Origin: Podarcis cretensis
Lineage: Eukaryota
Length of the DNA: 64,000 nucleotides
NCBI GenBank assembly: GCA_951804945.1
Contig: OX638149.1
Coordinates: forward strand, 86,056,001 to 86,120,000
Direction: 5' to 3'
Under the pieces are notes generated by a model. It did no database searches and was not told the DNA's origin. It saw nothing but the letters and a program-made list of their open reading frames with translations. Position numbers and translations under genes: made by a program. Below are positions 62,991 through 64,000 of this stretch, piece by piece (position 1 is the stretch's first letter; each line of letters begins with the position of its first letter).

Positions 62991-64000
62991 CTACAGAGAA
63001 AAAGGAGCCAGGATGAGTCCCTGCCCCAGCAATTTTAATATGACAAGGAGCCTGCTGTCTGCAGCTGTGGCGCTGTTCCCTGGGCTGTGTGGATCATGGA
63101 ATCGTGCCCTAAAAACTCCCACTTGCACAGTGTTAATTGGACTCTGATGTAGATATTAAGGAGGGATCATGGTGAAAAGAGCAGGGCACTGCCATTGCTC
63201 GGAAGCTGTCTTAGTTTTTAAAATGTTCACCAGCAACTGCCTGCATATATATATATTTTTAACCTACATGCTGCAGCTAGGAGGGCTTGCAATTAAAGAA
63301 GACAAAAAAATGAGTTCCTGGCCTTGTGTGATGTTTGGGGATTTTACTGGGTGCTGCAGTAGATCTGCTCATGGGGGCTTTGCATCATCAGTGGTGGCTC
63401 ACAGACCACTAGACATTTGCTGAAGCGCTATAATGTAAGAGGAGCAAGAGTGCGGGTGATTGTTTCCTAGCACAAGCTCCACTGATACAGTCATAAAGAC
63501 ATATCCAGGTGGCAGAGGAGAAACTACAGCCAATAAAAGCTTATAGCAAATTGACTATAAATTATGCAGGCTTAAGAAAATGTGCATGCATATATATATT
63601 TCTTGCATATTTCCCCTGCTATTTTTACATAATTTACTCTGCTGTTAGGGAGGGACAAGGAGCTATGTAGGGTCTTTGGAAGTCATCCTCAGTGACTATT
63701 GTGGTTTTGGAAATTCAGCAAGAATTTCTCATGCTTATGATTGTGAAGATATGATAAAGCATGTACTTTTAAATATAAAAGCTGTGATTCTTTAGAAAGC
63801 TGAACTCTGTATACAAAGCCACCCTCAATTTAATCTCAACCTTCGCTTCAGAAGGCAGAACCTCTATTTGGTGCTTTGGCCATTGGCAATTACTGTACTG
63901 TCTGCCCCAAATGACCTGAGACTCAGTATGTCAGGTGAGGGAAGAAGATATATTTTTGCTAAGCCAGCGTATGAAGGTAGACAGTGCCAATTATCAAGCT

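Noticed and set aside
62392-63147. 251-aa Ser-rich ORF on the + strand
   Set aside because: Antisense shadow of the Glu/Leu-rich PTPRCAP exon, with no independent gene signals.

Overview
Vertebrate genomic DNA, inferred to be from a squamate (lacertid-type lizard) because of its Sauria SINE, Squam3-like SINE, BovB, CR1 and Penelope content. It holds the conserved cluster CARNS1 (+) > RPS6KB2 (+) >< PTPRCAP (-), the same order as human 11q13. I rebuilt the exons by hand from splice signals and reading phase. CARNS1 has a non-coding exon 1 in a CpG island with a TATA box, a 20-nt ATG micro-exon and 8 further coding exons, giving 953 aa. RPS6KB2 has 15 coding exons giving 475 aa, with one GC-AG intron. 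The main PTPRCAP coding exon is present; its ATG exon was not found in the window. Introns and intergenic DNA are dense with SINEs, LINE fragments and MITEs. The most notable observations are: (1) a complete minimal type-I hammerhead ribozyme in a Penelope insertion about 1.3 kb upstream of CARNS1; (2) a 1.18-kb poly(A)- and TSD-flanked L1-like element whose 5' end carries adjacent CTCF and YY1 motifs, nested in a MITE; (3) a TA-type MITE with a 34-bp target duplication; (4) a 46-bp inverted repeat bracketing the RPS6KB2 promoter and exons 1-2; (5) a hAT-like element containing an inverted palindromic-core minisatellite; (6) divergent S6K2 terminal regulatory motifs. No prokaryotic-type system (CRISPR etc.) is present. 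Most ORF-track entries are spurious. Comparisons to human proteins and repeat families are from recall, not from a database search.
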